NCBI GenBank assembly: GCA_963778945.1
Contig: CAVZWL010000019.1
Coordinates: forward strand, 128,082-192,081
DNA length: 64,000 bases
Origin: Ignavibacteriota bacterium
GTDB lineage: Bacteria; Bacteroidota; Ignavibacteria; UBA10030
Direction of reading: 5' to 3'
The translations under genes and the position numbers were made by a program. This document shows, in pieces, positions 47,964 to 58,207 of the stretch (positions are counted from its first letter, which is position 1; every line of letters begins with the position of its first letter). Below the pieces are notes generated by a model. It was given only the letters and a program-made list of their open reading frames with translations, ran no database searches and had not been told where the DNA came from.

Positions 47964-49235
47964 TCATCCGATGACCTCTAACTTTGTGTAAGGATGCAAA
48001 ACTTTCGGAATTATAATTTTCCCTTCCGGTGTTTGATACTGCTCGATGATGGCTGCGACGATACGAGGAAGTGCGAGGCCGGAACCGTTGAGCGTATGGA
48101 GAATTTCGGGCTTGCCCCCTTGCTGTTTGGCGGGACGAAACCGGATATTCATTCTCCGTGCCTGGAACGATTCAAAATTGCTGCACGACGAAACCTCGAG
48201 CCATTTCTGCTGACCAGGCGCCCACACTTCAAGATCGTATTTTTTCGCTTGCGTAAATCCCATATCCCCGGTGCACATCAGGAGCCTGTGATATGGGATT
48301 TTAAGCAGCTTTAACAGATGCTCCGCATCTTCACGCAGCAATTCAAGCTCCTCATACGAGGTAGAAGGATGAACGAATTTCACCAGCTCCACTTTGTCAA
48401 ATTGATGCAGCCGATTGAGTCCTCGGACATCTTTTCCGTACGAACCCGCCTCCCGGCGGAAGCAGGGAGTATAGGCAGCATAGCGGACCGGCAATTGTTC
48501 TTCCGGAATAATTTCATCCCGGTGGAAATTGGTAACCGGCACCTCGGCTGTCGGAATCATGTAAAACTTGTCCCGTTCCACGATATACATCAGATCTTCT
48601 TTGTCGGGAATCTGACCCGTACCGCGTGCGCTGTCTTCGTTGACGACGATAGGAGCGGCAAGTTCTGTGTAACCCCGTTCAGCCGCTTGATCGAGGAAAA
48701 AATTAATCAACGCCCGTTCAAGAGCCGCGCCTTTGCCGACGTAAAATGGAAATCCCGCTCCGGAGACTTTTGAACCTCTATTGAAATCGATTATTCCTAG
48801 TTTGTCCGTCAGTTCCCAATGCGGTTTCAAAGGGAAGTCCATTTTTGGGATTTCTCCCCATCGAAAAACTTCCTTGTTGTCTGCAGGCGATTTGCCGATT
48901 GGAACCGACGAATGCGGGATATTCGGTACGGTTAAGAGAAGGGCGGTCAGTGCAGTCTCGACTTCGCGGGTTTCCGGATCGATTTCCTGAAGGCGTTTTT
49001 TTACAGAGTCCATCTCCGCAATGACGGCAGAAGCATCTCCGCCTTCGCGCTTGATCTTGCCGACCTGTGCGGATATTTGGTTGCGCTTTGCTTTGAGCGT
49101 ATCTCCTTCCAGAATAAGCGACCGCCGCCGGTCATCGAACTCGATGATTTTTTGCAGATCGACCGTCATTCCTTTGGATTCGGCGCCTGCGCGAACTTCT
49201 TCTCCATGATCTCGAATGAATCGCAAATCCAGCAT
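47964..49235 (-). CDS. serS: serine--tRNA ligase
   Basis: MLDLRFIR start, N-terminal coiled coil, and class II motifs (FRREAGS, GSGLALPR). Confidence 0.95.
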   Translation of the reverse strand: MLDLRFIRDHGEEVRAGAESKGMTVDLQKIIEFDDRRRSLILEGDTLKAKRNQISAQVGKIKREGGDASAVIAEMDSVKKRLQEIDPETREVETALTALLLTVPNIPHSSVPIGKSPADNKEVFRWGEIPKMDFPLKPHWELTDKLGIIDFNRGSKVSGAGFPFYVGKGAALERALINFFLDQAAERGYTELAAPIVVNEDSARGTGQIPDKEDLMYIVERDKFYMIPTAEVPVTNFHRDEIIPEEQLPVRYAAYTPCFRREAGSYGKDVRGLNRLHQFDKVELVKFVHPSTSYEELELLREDAEHLLKLLKIPYHRLLMCTGDMGFTQAKKYDLEVWAPGQQKWLEVSSCSNFESFQARRMNIRFRPAKQQGGKPEILHTLNGSGLALPRIVAAIIEQYQTPEGKIIIPKVLHPYTKLEVIG

Positions 49236-49254
49236 TGTCGTTCCTTCTCATCCT

Positions 49255-50163
49255 TCAATTTTTATGTTCTTCAAGCTCTTGCTTGAGCATTAAAAGTCCT
49301 TCAGTGGCATTATGGAATCGAATGCCTAATTCTTTTTCCGCTTTGTCCAGAATAAATCCGCTCTGCATCGGACGCGGCGCCGCTCTGGTTGAGATCGCTC
49401 GTTTTATACGCTCGATGAGCGACGCATCCAGATTGAAGACCTGAGCGGTCCGGAGAGCGAATTCATACCGGCTGATGTTTTCGGAGCCGGCAGCGTGATA
49501 GATTCCCTGACGGCCGAGTTCGAAAATCTTTATCATTGCAGCAGCAAGATCGCCGACATAAGTCGGATTTCCGATTTGATCTTCGACAACACGGATCCGT
49601 TTACCTTCGCGAAGACTTTGAATAAGCCAGAGAGCAAAGTTCGATTTAACGCCGATGCCGCTGCCGTAGAGAACGAGTGTGCGTACGATGGCATAAGAAA
49701 TGTCAGCCGTACGAACGGCATTCTCGCTTGCCAGTTTTGTCTTGCCGTAATAACCGATCGGATTCGGGGGAGCTGCTTCGTTATACGGACCGTTTTTGCC
49801 GTCGAAAATGTAATCAGTGGAAACGTGTATCAATTGAGCATGGACTTTGCGCGCAGCTTCGGCAAGATTTTCGACAGCCGTCACGTTGATTTTCCATGCA
49901 GCTTCATGATTGGATTCGCACCAATCGACATTTGTCGCAGCCGCCGCGTTGAATATCACATCCGGCTGAAAACTCGAAACGAGACTCTTGACATCGCTTC
50001 GGGCCGTGATATCGAGCTGTGTGTAGTCGAACAACCGGTTGTCGAAAACAAAAGACCGCTCGACGGAAGTGTTCAGCACTTCATATTGGGTTTGACCGCT
50101 CAAGATGGACGAAAGACGCTGGCCAAGAAGGCCGTTGCTGCCGCAGATAAGAATACGCTTCAC
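49255..50163 (-). CDS. RmlD-like SDR (dTDP-4-dehydrorhamnose reductase family)
   Basis: Rossmann ILICGSNGLLGQ, STDYIFDG, catalytic YGKTK. 4-nt overlap with the dapD stop. Confidence 0.8.
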   Translation of the reverse strand: MKRILICGSNGLLGQRLSSILSGQTQYEVLNTSVERSFVFDNRLFDYTQLDITARSDVKSLVSSFQPDVIFNAAAATNVDWCESNHEAAWKINVTAVENLAEAARKVHAQLIHVSTDYIFDGKNGPYNEAAPPNPIGYYGKTKLASENAVRTADISYAIVRTLVLYGSGIGVKSNFALWLIQSLREGKRIRVVEDQIGNPTYVGDLAAAMIKIFELGRQGIYHAAGSENISRYEFALRTAQVFNLDASLIERIKRAISTRAAPRPMQSGFILDKAEKELGIRFHNATEGLLMLKQELEEHKN

Positions 50164-50990
50164 CGAAGGCTCTCTTCCAGTACCGTCGCTGCATCCGTAC
50201 CGGCATCCCTGTATTTGATAATGATCGGTGTGTAAACGGAGAGGCCGTTGATTTGTGCAAAGTTATTTTCAATGCGCCTGCTGCCAGGAACAACTACAGC
50301 TCCCTCCGGTATAATGAGGGGCAGATCTTTGGTGCTGCGATAGACGGCATCGTTCACGATATCGTAGACAGGCGTCGATGCGGTCAGAATCACGCCGGAG
50401 GCGAGGACTGCCCGGTTTTTAATTGTCGTTCCTTCGAAAATTCCGCAATTGGCGCCGATGAAAACATCGTCTTCCACGATCACCGGCAAAGCGCCGACGG
50501 GCTCGAGAACGCCGCCGATCTGAGTCCCCGCACTCAGGTGTATATGTTTGCCGATCTGTGCGCACGACCCGATGAGCACGTGGGAATCGATCATCGTTCC
50601 TTCGTCCACATAGGATCCTGTGTTGATATATGAGGGCGGCATGATAACGACGCCTTTGGCGACATAACTGCCGTCGCGAATGGATGTGCCTCCGGGCACG
50701 ATTCGAACCTGATGCTCCAGGGAGAATTTTTTAAGCGGATATGTGCTCTTGTCGTAGAAATGAAACCTCTCATCGAGAGAGACGTCGGTCAATTCACCAA
50801 GCCGAAAACCCAGCAAAATTCCTTTTTTTACCCATTCGTTGACAACCCAGCCCTTCTCCGAAGGAACGGCGGAGCGGATTTCTCCGTTGTTCAGAAAAAA
50901 TTTTAATTCATTGAAGACCTGGAGCGCTTCAAGCCGATTGATGGAAGCCAGGTCGCGTGAATATAATAATTCTATTTGTTCCCGAAGCAT
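50160..50990 (-). CDS. dapD: 2,3,4,5-tetrahydropyridine-2,6-dicarboxylate N-succinyltransferase
   Basis: Close colinear match to DapD: WVKKGILLGFRL, PSYINTGSYVDEGTMIDSHVLIGSCAQIGKHIHLSAGTQIGGVLEP hexapeptide repeats. Confidence 0.9.
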   Translation of the reverse strand: MLREQIELLYSRDLASINRLEALQVFNELKFFLNNGEIRSAVPSEKGWVVNEWVKKGILLGFRLGELTDVSLDERFHFYDKSTYPLKKFSLEHQVRIVPGGTSIRDGSYVAKGVVIMPPSYINTGSYVDEGTMIDSHVLIGSCAQIGKHIHLSAGTQIGGVLEPVGALPVIVEDDVFIGANCGIFEGTTIKNRAVLASGVILTASTPVYDIVNDAVYRSTKDLPLIIPEGAVVVPGSRRIENNFAQINGLSVYTPIIIKYRDAGTDAATVLEESLR

Positions 50991-51000
50991 GAGGCTCTCC

Positions 51001-51898
51001 TTATGCGATCAATTTCAGATCGGCCAGTACGGCTTTAATTTTTTCCCGATTTTTTTCGGACGCCGGGCACATCGGAAGCCGGAACGATTCTTCGATCATT
51101 CCCATCATCGCAAGAGCGGTCTTGACCGGAATCGGATTGGATTCGATGAAATTGATATTCATTAAGGGAAGAAGCGTGTTGTGGAGTTCGAGCGCTTTCT
51201 TCCAATTGCCTTTGAGGCAAGAATGAATGAGCTGAGAAAACTGCTTCGGAACTTCATTTGCAACGACGGAAATGCATCCGTCCCCCCCGACTGCGATGAG
51301 CGGAAAGGCATACGCGTCGTCTCCGGAGAGCAGCGAAAACTCTTTCGGTTTGCTGCGGGCGATTTCCATGATTTGCGTCATGCTTCCGCATGCTTCCTTG
51401 TCCATAACGACATTCGGAATTTCTTCCGCCATCCTGAGCATTGTTGCCGCTTCGATGTTGCCGCCGGTTCTGCCGGGAACATTATAGACGATAATGGGAA
51501 TGTCGACGGCTTCGGCAACAGCGGCAAAATGCCGGAAATAACCTTCCTGAGTCGGTTTATTGTAATAAGGGCCGACAACGAGAGCTGCGTCTGCTCCGGC
51601 GTTTTTTGCGAGCGCGCTTTTTCAATCGCCTCTCTTGTGCTGTTGCTTCCGGCGCCTGCAAAGATTTTTACGCGTCCTCGCGCCTGACCGATGACGATAT
51701 CGAGAATTCTTCTGATGCTCGTCTCGCGTAATCGTCGGATTTTCGCCGGTTGTTCCGAGCGGTACGAGCGCGTCGATGCCTCCTTTGATCTGAAACTCGA
51801 CGATGGCTTCGCAGCGCTTGTTCGTCGACCGATTCGTCTTTCTTAAACGGCGTTACGATTGCTGTCGCAGCGCCTTGAAATTTTTTCCATCTGGACAT
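51001..51898 (-). CDS. dapA: 4-hydroxy-tetrahydrodipicolinate synthase, about three frameshifts
   Basis: N-terminus FQGAATAIVTPFKKDESVDEQAL (ATG 51898). Then ...GGIDALVPLGTTGENPTIT..., ...VKIFAGAGSNSTREAIE..., ...ADAALVVGPYYNKPTQEGYF...IVYNVPGRTG lie in shifted frames. The intact C-terminal half is ORF 51001..51441. Confidence 0.88.
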
Positions 51899-51914
51899 TG
51901 AAGACTCCGGATAA

Positions 51915-52648
51915 TTATTGAAAAATATCTTCCATCATATTGTCGATTGTAAAAAGACCGTGCTTTCCTTTGATCCATTCTGCGGCGAGCAGAGATCCGA
52001 GCGCCAAACCCGTGCGGTTCTTTGCCGTGTGTTTCAACTCGATGCTGTCTGCTGCGGAATCGAATGTGACCGTATGCGTGCCGACAACAGCTCCGGCTCT
52101 CGATGAACCGACATGAAGCTGTTCCGGCCTGATCTTCGCATGCGAGGTTTCTGTGAGTATTTCTTTTTTTCTCCCGATCGTCTCGTAAAAGCATATCCGC
52201 TATGCTGAGTGCTGTACCGCTGGGGCTGTCCGCTTTGTCTTTGTGATGGATTTCGTGCACAAAGACATCGTAATCGGCGGACCTTGTCGAATAATGCGCC
52301 GGCAGTGCGGAGGATGCGGTAAAACAGGTGCACGCCGAGAGAAAAATTTGACGCATAGATCAAACCGATGCCGTTCTCTTGGACAAGCGCTTCGATGTTC
52401 GGCATCTGTGCGCTCCAGCCGGTTGTTCCGACGACGATATTCTTTTTGGCCTCGGCCCACGGGCGAAGATCTTCTGTAATGGTTCCTGCTCCTGCAAAAT
52501 GTATGACGACGTCGACTATGCGCCGGGCTTCAGGAAGCGGAGGGGGCAGCATAATATCGGCCTTAACGTCCACGCTCCATCCTTTTTCAAGCGCGACGCG
52601 TTCGACTTCTTTTCCCATTTTTCCATAGCCGACAAGACCTATATGCAT
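51915..52648 (-). CDS. dapB: 4-hydroxy-tetrahydrodipicolinate reductase, two frameshifts
   Basis: MHIGLVGYGKMGKEV Rossmann start, YDVFVHEIHHKDKADSPSGTA (EHHxxKxDxPSGTA motif), tail GTHTVTFDSAADSIELKHTAKNR...MMEDIFQ. Junctions near 52283 and 52175. Confidence 0.9.
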
Positions 52649-52660
52649 GATTCGTTTTCC

Positions 52661-54026
52661 TTATGCAGATGTATGCTCAAAAAATTCTCCATGCAGCCGC
52701 CGGACCGCTTCGTCGATATCTGCTTCCTCGATGACAAGACTCATATTGATTTCCGAAGCGCCCTGCGAAATCATCAGGACATTAATATCGCCGAGCGCAC
52801 GGAAGATCCTGTTAGCGATGCCGCCGGTTGAACGAAGACTCTCTCCAATAGCGCAGATGATCGCTTTATCGGTTAACACGGAAACGTCCGCAGCAGTTTC
52901 CAGTTCAATCACGATTTGCTCCAGGTGTGTCGGATTATCGATAGTCAAAGAAACCGCAACTTCCGAGGTGCTGACCAGATCGACCGGCGTCTTGTATTTA
53001 TTAAAAATGGAAAAGATCATCTCCAGAAAGCCGTACGCCATGAGCATGCGGGAGGATTGAATATTGATGACGGTAATTCCTTTTTTCGAGGCGATGGACT
53101 TGACCGAAAGTGCGCTTTGAGGCGGATTTGCAATAATTCTCGTCCCGCTGCGGTCCGGCTTTTTGGAATTCAATACGATAACCGGAATTGTCTTTTCCAC
53201 AGCAGGGAGAATCGTGCTTGGATGCAGAACTTTCGCGCCGAAGTAGGCAAGTTCGGATGCTTCCCGGAATGAAATGATGTCCAGTGTCTGGGCTTGAGGA
53301 ACGATGCGCGGATCGGCGGTCAAGACGCCGTCGACATCGGTCCAGATTTGAATTTCCTGCGCTCCGAGCGTGGATCCGATGATGGATGCGGTATAATCCG
53401 ATCCGCCCCGTCCCAGCGTGCTGGTGACTCCTTTTAAGGTTGAACCGATAAATCCCTGCGTCACCGGAATTTTGCCGGACTGAACGATCGGCGGCAGGAT
53501 TTCTTTGATTTTGACTTCGATATGTTCGATTAAGGGCGTTGCAGCGGTAAATTGATCGCTGGTGATGATAAAACTTCGTGCGTCGACGAGTTCTACGGGA
53601 ATGCCGCGTTGTTCCAGTGCTTCGGCAAGGATGAAAGAGGAAAGCCGTTCGCCGACCGATGCAATGGCATCGAGAGAGCGTGTCGTATGCTCGCCCAGCA
53701 GTGCAATGCCCTGGCAGAGATTTTTTAATTCTTCAAACCGGCGCTTAAAGCTCATAATAAGCTGCTGAATGGTAGCCCGGTCGTCGATAAGATTTTCGGC
53801 GATGGTCACATGCCGCTCCAGCAGCTGGTTCAAGAGCGCGTGCGCTTCATCGAGCTGTCCTTCCAGCGACATCGAAGCTGCTTTCAGCAGCGTATTGGTA
53901 GCGCCTGCTATTGCGGAGATGCACCACGATCGGCTGCCGCGCCTGTTCTCGTTTAATGATGTCGATCACATTGCTCATGGCGCGAGCATCTTCGACCGAT
54001 GTGCCGCCGAATTTCATAACGATCAT
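52661..54026 (-). CDS. lysC: aspartate kinase, one frameshift
   Basis: N-terminus MIVMKFGGTSVEDA (ATG 54026), joined near 53921 to ORF 52661..53872 (GRGGSDYTASIIG, ACT domains). Confidence 0.92.
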
Positions 54027-54979
54027 ATTACTTCGCCCTTCTTGTCTCCGTTGAGATTTTTAAATTGTTCTGCGAGAGTTTCGAGCTCATCCGCAGTTTG
54101 TATTGTCGTGTTCAGTGCGGCAGCTTTGTTGGCGAATTCAGCCGCGGCAAACGAATTTTTTTTCTTCAGATAGGAAAATAAAAACGCTGCGCCGAAAACA
54201 TCTCCGCAGCCGGTAGGATTTTTAAAATGCTCCATCGGAACGGCGTCCAGATCGCGGCGCGTCAATGTTTTATGAATGTCCTGCACGATGGCAGTCGCGC
54301 CTTTTGGACCGCGCGTAATAAGCAGCGTATCGACCATCAGCGACATCAGATGGTTGATAAGCGTCGGTTCATCGAATCGTTCTGCGGACAATCCGAGCGC
54401 TTCCTCCTCGCTCATCTGAATCGAGTGAAGCATAAAGCACCATCGCCGCCAATCGGTAAGAGGCCGGCGGAAGCGTTTGAATTCCTGATCGATGCCGAGC
54501 GTCAGGGAATGAAAATCGAAATGGATCGGTACGTGCTGCTCGCGCGTTTCGATCCGGATCATATCCAATGTCTCCAGCGTAATATCGGATCCGGAGATCA
54601 TGTTGATGAGAATTCCGTCCGCATCGAGAGAGGATTTAATCCGGCTGAACGGGATGGATACCGAGATATCTTTGGAACATTCGATTCGGGATTGGTTGTC
54701 CGTATGATAAAAGAGATGAACGTTGTTGGTCGGACCTTTAAATTTAAAAATGCTCTTTGTGTCGACGTTTTTATATCGGGAAAGCTGCTCGATCAGCGCA
54801 TCGTAATCCGACTGCCCGACACCGAAGACGGGCTGAATGACATCTTTCTCTCCCATGAGGCAGGACAGCGCCGCAACCGAATAAAATATTCCTCCAAAAC
54901 TTTCGACATGGGATGAATGATCTCCGTGCGGAAGATGGATAATATCTTTGCACAAATGTCCGATGACCGTAATAACCAT
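54023..54979 (-). CDS. PfkB-family carbohydrate/small-molecule kinase
   Basis: ATG 54979 (MVITVIGHLCKD). C-terminal anion-hole motif NPTGCGDVFGAAF. ATGA overlap with the lysC start. Confidence 0.8.
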   Translation of the reverse strand: MVITVIGHLCKDIIHLPHGDHSSHVESFGGIFYSVAALSCLMGEKDVIQPVFGVGQSDYDALIEQLSRYKNVDTKSIFKFKGPTNNVHLFYHTDNQSRIECSKDISVSIPFSRIKSSLDADGILINMISGSDITLETLDMIRIETREQHVPIHFDFHSLTLGIDQEFKRFRRPLTDWRRWCFMLHSIQMSEEEALGLSAERFDEPTLINHLMSLMVDTLLITRGPKGATAIVQDIHKTLTRRDLDAVPMEHFKNPTGCGDVFGAAFLFSYLKKKNSFAAAEFANKAAALNTTIQTADELETLAEQFKNLNGDKKGEVI

Positions 54980-54987
54980 AGAGCCGT

Positions 54988-55752
54988 CTATATCCTTCGT
55001 GTAGGACCGAGATCCGTGAGTTCTTTTTCGTTCAGCCGCCAGAGTGTCTGGCAGGGAAAACAATTTTCATACAGCGGCCGGCTCATAATAATAGAGTCGA
55101 CGCCGAATTTTTCGAGTTCTTGCATGCGCGTCAGGTCTTTATAATTCCATACGCCGCCGCGCGCCGTTATGCGGATGCCGGTTTTTTTTGCGAGATCGGT
55201 CAGCGTATCGAAAGATATCGTCGTTCCAATGATATCGTTTTTCCGCTCGCCGTAGACGATGCGCGAAACGCCGATTTCTACCATGCGTTCAGCTAATTCT
55301 ATCGGCGCAACCTGTGTGCGGTTGCTGCCGCCGTGCGTAACGACTTTTCCGTTCTCCGCAATGATGCTGATGGCAATTTTTCTCGTTCCGAATTCTTTGA
55401 CGAACGCCTCGACAATTTCCGGGCTTTCAATCGCTGCCGTGCTGATGATAATGCGGTAGACGCCGAGATTCAGAACCCGCTGGATTTCTTCATAGGTTCG
55501 CAATCCGCCGGAGACCTGAACGGGAATATCGACCGATTCGACTATTTGTTTGATAATATCTTCGTTGACGATTCTTCCTTCGGCAGCTCCGTCTTTATCT
55601 ATAATATGAATCGTCTTTGCGTTTTCTCCGCGCCAGAGTATTGCCATCCGAACAGGATCGACGGAATATGTGTGTTCGGTTCCCGGTGCGCCATGAACAA
55701 TTTCTACGCAGCGGCTTTTACTGATTTCTATTAAAGGAAAAATTAAAATCAT
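54988..55752 (-). CDS. HisA/HisF-family (beta/alpha)8-barrel paralog
   Basis: ATG 55752 gives MILIFPLIEISKSRCVEIVHG...IPVQVSGGLRTYEEI...ITARGGVWNYKDL. HisA-like phosphate-binding GG motifs are present, but the catalytic Asp positions read E and N/D variants. Confidence 0.7.
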   Translation of the reverse strand: MILIFPLIEISKSRCVEIVHGAPGTEHTYSVDPVRMAILWRGENAKTIHIIDKDGAAEGRIVNEDIIKQIVESVDIPVQVSGGLRTYEEIQRVLNLGVYRIIISTAAIESPEIVEAFVKEFGTRKIAISIIAENGKVVTHGGSNRTQVAPIELAERMVEIGVSRIVYGERKNDIIGTTISFDTLTDLAKKTGIRITARGGVWNYKDLTRMQELEKFGVDSIIMSRPLYENCFPCQTLWRLNEKELTDLGPTRRI

Positions 55753-55884
55753 TCCGCTCGTTGCTCGTTGAAGATGCAAAAAGCTCACACCACAACAGGG
55801 GAATGAGCTGTTCATGAGTACATACAAAAATGCGCAAAAAATAAGAGATATTCAAGGAAACGCCGTTCATTTTGTTGCGGATGG

Positions 55885-56961
55885 ATGAAATTCAGCGTAA
55901 TTTCATATTCAATGATGAAGCCGTCTAAAATCCTGATCTTGCGTTTGAGTTCCATCGGAGACATCGTGTTGACGACTCCTTTTATTCGGGTGCTGCGTGC
56001 GAGATTTCCGGATGCCCAAATCGATTTCCTCTTGCGCCGGGAATATTCCGAACTCCTGCACTATCATCCTGCGCTGTCTCATGTTCTAAAATACGATACA
56101 CAGAGCGGCTTCCAGGGTTTGAGAATGCTGAAAAACGATCTTCAGCGGGAGTGCTACGACATCGTCTTCGATCTTCATAGAAGTTTACGTAGCCGGTACT
56201 TATGTTTATCGATCAGTGCAAAGGAGATTCGAAGCATAAAGAAAAGAATGGTCTCCAGGACGCTGCTGGTGCGATGCGGAATCAATATTTACGGAAGAAT
56301 TGTATCAGCGGCGGATCGATATATTGAAACCGGCAGATCCTATGGAATCACAAACGATGGACAAGGACCGGAGCTTTTCATTCCTGAAGCTGTACGCCGA
56401 ACGATTTTTACAAAAATGGAGCTTAATCCAGAAACCGTATACATTGGATTTTGTCCTTCCGCAAAGCATTACACAAAACGATGGCTTCCGGAACGATTTA
56501 TAGAACTCGGCATCCGGCTTTCACAGGAAAGAAACGGAACGATACTTCTCTTCGGCGGACCCGGCGATATTGAACTGTGTAGAGGAATCGGCGAGGCCAT
56601 AAACCGGGGAACAGGGAAATCCGCCGCAAAGAGTTTTGCCGGTTTGTTAGGTCTTGCGGAGACTGCCGGAGCATTCGAACGATGCAGATGTGTTGTTACG
56701 AACGACTCCGGTTTGATGCATATAGCTTCAGCGATGAAAAGCAAGCTTGTGGCAGTTTTCGGTTCGACAGTAGAAGAGCTGGGCTTTTTTCCGCAGGGGA
56801 AAAACAGCATTGTCGTTGAAAATAAAAAATTACATTGCCGGCCGTGTTCGCACATCGGCCGGGAATCTTGCCCGAAAAAACATTTCCGCTGCATGAAGGA
56901 AATTACGACCGACATGGTCGCGCATGCATGCAATGAACACCTGAACTCTCATAAGGGTTGA
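55885..56961 (+). CDS. glycosyltransferase family 9 (LPS heptosyltransferase-like)
   Basis: KILILRLSSIGDIVLTTPFIRVLRARFPDAQIDFL and C-terminal VVTNDSGLMHIASAM motifs. Start may be ATG 55912 or 55915. Confidence 0.85.
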   Translation: MKFSVISYSMMKPSKILILRLSSIGDIVLTTPFIRVLRARFPDAQIDFLLRREYSELLHYHPALSHVLKYDTQSGFQGLRMLKNDLQRECYDIVFDLHRSLRSRYLCLSISAKEIRSIKKRMVSRTLLVRCGINIYGRIVSAADRYIETGRSYGITNDGQGPELFIPEAVRRTIFTKMELNPETVYIGFCPSAKHYTKRWLPERFIELGIRLSQERNGTILLFGGPGDIELCRGIGEAINRGTGKSAAKSFAGLLGLAETAGAFERCRCVVTNDSGLMHIASAMKSKLVAVFGSTVEELGFFPQGKNSIVVENKKLHCRPCSHIGRESCPKKHFRCMKEITTDMVAHACNEHLNSHKG

Positions 56962-57248
56962 TGACTCAAAGGGTAGAGTAGTAGACCGCTCAATTTCAAC
57001 CCGGCATCAGCGCAGAGTAATGAATGTTCAGTCTCATAAATATTTTACCGAGGCTTCGTCTGAAGGAATGAACAGTTCTTGAAGCTGCGGCCGGTTTCAG
57101 ACTTCATTTCAGTATATTGCTTAATAGTATGCCTTATTCCAGTATTCGCCGCCGGCCTGTCCCTCTCAAGCGACCGGGGAAAAGAAATCGCCGTTTTTTA
57201 AGTGATTTCCTGTTTTCTGCCATTTTAAAGTCTCGTGCATATTCCGAC

Positions 57249-57277
57249 TTGACAAAGACTTTTTGAAATTGTAAATT
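57249..57277 (+). promoter_or_regulatory. strong promoter: TTGACA-17 nt-TAAATT (also TAAATTTG, the Bacteroidetes-type -7 box)
   Basis: TTGACA at 57249-57254 and TAAATT at 57272-57277 with exactly 17 nt between. TAnnTTTG matches at 57272-57279. Confidence 0.55.
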
Positions 57278-57282
57278 TGTAC

Positions 57283-57350
57283 GCCATCTCCCCGATGGCA
57301 TAGTTAGCCTCCCTACACCCTGGCGTTCCACCAATGCGCCGGGGTTTTTT
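57283..57350 (+). ncRNA. candidate ~68-nt small RNA
   Basis: Begins about 6-8 nt after the -10 box. Hairpin GCCATC-TCCCC-GATGGC (57283-57299), single-stranded AUAGUUAGCCUCCCUACA, then terminator stem CCCTGGCG/CGCCGGGG (57318-57344) plus T6 (57345-57350). No ORF. Confidence 0.45.
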
Positions 57351-57550
57351 ATGCCTTTGGAAATTACGCCGGATGGAATTCTACCGATGAGTTTGACTAA
57401 CTTCTTACTGTTTCAATGGTTTGAAGGTTGAATAATTCCGGCTGAGTCCGCGTTATCATTTATTTGGAGAGAAAACGGAAAAAGCGAAAAAGGGATTTCG
57501 AACATGAAGACCTGTGCAAAGAGGATCGGAAGGGTATCGCTGCAGATTCG

Positions 57551-57946
57551 TCAAGAAGTCATGTTGTTCAATGTATCGGCGAGGAGGAGGGGAAAATTTT
57601 CACCTGTGATATTCGATTTCGTCAGGACGGCAACTTTTTCCTCTTTTCTGGATTTTTCCGTCAGGTCATCGGACGGATATGCAGTAACAATGACAGCCGG
57701 CGTTAAAATATTCTGTTCACGCACCCACTTGATAATCTCCAGGGCATTATGGCCGGGAAGAAGATAATCGATGACGAGAATGTCGAACTGTTCCGAGGCG
57801 AGTTTTATTTTCGCGTATTCGGCGTTAATGGAAATCGTACACAACGCGCCGCTTTTTTTGAGAATTGACTGCAGAAAAATTCTATAGGAATAATCATCCT
57901 CTATGATAAGAACTTTTTTACTTTGCAGTATCGATTCAGGCGGCAT
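57551..57946 (-). CDS. stand-alone response regulator receiver domain
   Basis: KKVLIIEDDYSY..., FDILVIDYLLPGHNALE, VIVTAYP. 131 aa with no output domain. Confidence 0.85.
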   Translation of the reverse strand: MPPESILQSKKVLIIEDDYSYRIFLQSILKKSGALCTISINAEYAKIKLASEQFDILVIDYLLPGHNALEIIKWVREQNILTPAVIVTAYPSDDLTEKSRKEEKVAVLTKSNITGENFPLLLADTLNNMTS

Positions 57947-58207
57947 AATTCACTCCTTCATGTAGCAAATTAAATTATACTACGCAAAACCTTTCATAAA
58001 TACAAACGTAAAATTATGGCTGATAAATCGATTAAAACAGATCTCATTTCGGGGAACTGGGCGCTCGGAAGTGGGAGAGCCACAGCCTCGGGGTAGGGAT
58101 TATCGCAGCCCTCATCGGCTTTTAAGCTTGGAATGATGCCGGCCATGAGCCTAAAAAAGAAAAGACCCAATTTTGCTTTTATAGAAAAAAGGCGTACTAT
58201 CGTCCTT

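Noticed and set aside
57134-57334. 66-aa minus-strand ORF and small plus-strand ORFs at 57464-57767
   Set aside because: The first overlaps the predicted promoter, hairpin and terminator on the opposite strand. The others are antisense to, or overlap, the receiver gene. All have R/K-rich junk-like composition.
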